The notes below the pieces were generated by a model. It was not told the DNA's origin, did not search any database, and worked only from the letters and a program-made list of their open reading frames with translations. A DNA stretch of 64,000 nucleotides from Octopus bimaculoides. Taxonomy: Eukaryota. A program made the position numbers and the translations under genes. Below are positions 61,200-64,000 of this stretch, piece after piece. How positions within the stretch are numbered: position 1 is the stretch's first letter; every line of letters begins with the position of its first letter. The DNA lies in assembly GCF_001194135.2 (NCBI RefSeq), contig NC_068989.1, positions 9,127,960 to 9,191,959 of the forward strand, read 5' to 3'.

Positions 61200-61445
61200 C
61201 AGCCAGTGTGTTTATTTGTGTTTGTCTCCACTCCCTGCACTCACCTATCATGGTTTGATACCCGATGTTGGTGTGTTTGCATTCCTGTAACTTAGCGGTT
61301 CAGCAAAAGAACACTGATAGAATTAGTATTAGGCTTACAAAGAATAAGTCCTGGGTTCAATTTCTTCCACTAAAAAAGACCTTTTAAGGTGATGCTCCAG
61401 CATGGCTGCAGTCAAATGACTGAAACAAGTAAAAGAATAAAAGAT
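61200..61445 (+). mobile_element. SINE family A 3' half
   Basis: GTAACTTAGCGGTTCAGCAAAAG...CAGTCAAATGACTGAAACAAGTAAAAGAATAAAAG. Confidence 0.85.
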
Positions 61446-61915
61446 TTAAGAGAAATGTATCTGGGCTTGCAGTTTCACAAAGATGAGGATGGAATGCTGG
61501 ATGGTAAGAAGAACTGGATGGCAAGTACCCTGTTGGAGTGAACAGTGGCAGCACAAGACCAACAAAATGTGGGGTGAGGAATGTAGGCTGTATCAGATGC
61601 CCCCCCCCCNNNNNNNNNNNNNNNNNNNNNNNNNNNNNNNNNNNNNNNNNNNNNNNNNNNNNNNNNNNNNNNNCCCCCCCCGACCCTTACCCTATAAGGA
61701 TAGGTAAAGTCATTCAATTATATGATGATGGGTATGAAACCAAAGCTTGGAAAGTAGCTGTCAACATTTATCAGGGAAAAATAAAATAAATATAATACTC
61801 CAGTGAAAGGTATTGAGTGATCCTTGAATTCAAAGTTTGACTGTTTTTTAGAAATACCTACATAAAAAACAGAACAGGAAGGAAAAACGTTCACACATAC
61901 ATACATACATACATA

Positions 61916-61946
<31 letters not shown>

Positions 61947-62070
61947 ATATATATATATATATAAGATGGATGCATAGATAGATATGTATATATAGACATG
62001 TATATATCTACATATGTAGATATTCTGATATATATACATATATACACTTATATACATATATATATGTATA

Positions 62071-62104
<34 letters not shown>

Positions 62105-62985
62105 TACATATATACACATACATATATATATATACTTACATTTATTTATATACATATATGTATGCATTTGTATATGTACATACATTTTTTATATATATAT
62201 ATATATAACACAACCCCACCATTTACTGACATATATATATATATATATGTGTGTACTTACATAGATGTATTTATATTTGTGTACTATATATACGTACTTA
62301 TGTATAAATATACTTATTTATACACACACACACACATATATATATAAATGTTTTACACACACACACAAATGTGCATACATACGTATGTACGTATATATAT
62401 ATATATATATATATATTGATATAAGTACAGATGTTTATACATACGTAAACATACAGCTCACACACAATCGTACATATATAAGATGGCATTATACATATAC
62501 TTAATTCAAAAATATACGTTAATATACTGTCAGAGAGGAAAAAATATACATTAACAAAAATATACATTACTATGGAAGCACTGAGTGGAAAAAACGAAAC
62601 AAATGGAAGTTGGACACCTTCATTTTTGGCTTCCTTATTTTTTTTATTTATTTGCTCTTTGTCACTATGAATTTTTCCATTTGTAATTATATGTGTGTTT
62701 TAACGCTCAAGTATGCTTGTGTGAGAGTATATATATATGTGAATATNNNNNNNNNNNNNNNNNNNNNNNNNNNNNNNNNNNNNNNNNNNNNNNNNNNNNN
62801 NNNNNNNNNNNNNNNNNNNNNNNNNNNNNNNNNNNNNNNNNNNNNNNNNNNNNNNNNNNNNNNNNNNNNNNNNNNNNNNNNNNNNNNNNNNNNNNNNNNN
62901 NNNNNNNNNNNNNNNNNNNNNNNNNNNNNNNNNNNNNNNNNNNNNNNNNNNNNNNNNNNNNNNNNNNNNNNNNNNNNNNNNNNNN

Positions 62986-63017
<32 letters not shown>

Positions 63018-63323
63018 CGTGCATTTGTGTGACTGAATGTGTGTGCGTGTAAATATATATATATATATATATATACATAAATAAAATTGTGTGTATGTGT
63101 GTGTGTATACATACATATATATATAATGTGTATGTATGTAAGTGCTTTTGTGTCTGAATGTGTGTGTATACATATATGCATATATATATATATATACACA
63201 CACATAGATTTACATATGCACGTGTGTTTTTGTGTGTGTATATATGTATATATATACACACACAGAGAGGGAGTTGCATACAAGTACACTCTAAGTATAA
63301 ATATTTGTACATTACATTCACAC

Positions 63324-63362
<39 letters not shown>

Positions 63363-64000
63363 TGCAGGAATGTTTACATATATGTGTGTGTGCATGTGTG
63401 AGTATGTGTGTGTTTGTGTTTGTAAAAGGGTTAAGTAGACACATTCACTCAAGCAGTAAAATCATATCAACATACACACACACACACACACACATATAGT
63501 TTACATTATGAACACACACACATACACATGTGGAGCCACTGACATCAATTTATGTACACAAATTTCAGGTAAGTATAGAATCACTAATGGATGGTTAGAA
63601 AAGCATTGTCAACCACATGAGACTAAAATCATAAAAACTATTAGCAACCACTCCATGATGGCAACATGCAAATCTCAAGAATGGTGCCTTACATTTTGTT
63701 GTGATCCCAATACAAGGAACAGCAGTTTTATATTTATCTATATGTGTATTTCAATTTTTATTTTTATTATTTTGTTAAAATTGTTTGTATTTTTACAGAA
63801 GGCACCTGTAAATCTAGCTACATTCCATCAAAATTTCATTCCCATTTGCAGCTTAAATTTTGTGGAATTAGAGAATTTTTATTATCAGTTTTTTTTTTTT
63901 TGTTTTGTGGGGATAGTTTTTTTTTTAATTATATATATATATATATATATTTATGTATATTTTTCTCCCTGAATTGAATGTCTCAGCAAATGTAGTCAAT

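Noticed and set aside
63500-63575. Strong donor CAG|GTAAGT at about 63568 and acceptor TTTTTACAG at about 63798
   Set aside because: No compatible partner site or recognisable peptide; the upstream sequence is microsatellite-derived.

Overview
This is a repeat-saturated, AT-rich eukaryotic window with many N gaps, most flanked by (AT)n. I found no intact protein-coding gene, rRNA, true tRNA or CRISPR array. Almost all ORFs in the supplied track are microsatellite or gap artefacts. The repeat landscape looks like an octopus/cephalopod intron or intergenic region (inference from the SINE types and microsatellite load; not verified). Contents: (1) at least five tRNA-headed SINE families (local labels A-D and H); (2) RTE-clade LINE 3' ends sharing a 3' UTR that ends in (GAT)n; (3) three or four decayed Penelope-like element (PLE) coding remnants; (4) mariner and pogo/Tigger transposase fossils; (5) piggyBac-type, MULE-type and TA-flanked MITEs; (6) Helentron/HINE-like elements; (7) a candidate solo LTR. 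The most interesting signal is a set of five minimal type-I hammerhead-ribozyme motifs. Two lie in a tRNA-headed SINE arranged as a head-to-head palindrome (15.3-15.9 kb), two belong to a family sharing a non-canonical U at core position 6, and one is near-canonical. Also notable are a decayed tandem coding repeat at 14.6-15.3 kb and an in-frame RTE/CR1-like RT junction at 50.2-50.7 kb. All family assignments come from motif recognition by eye; no database search was run. Many boundaries are approximate.
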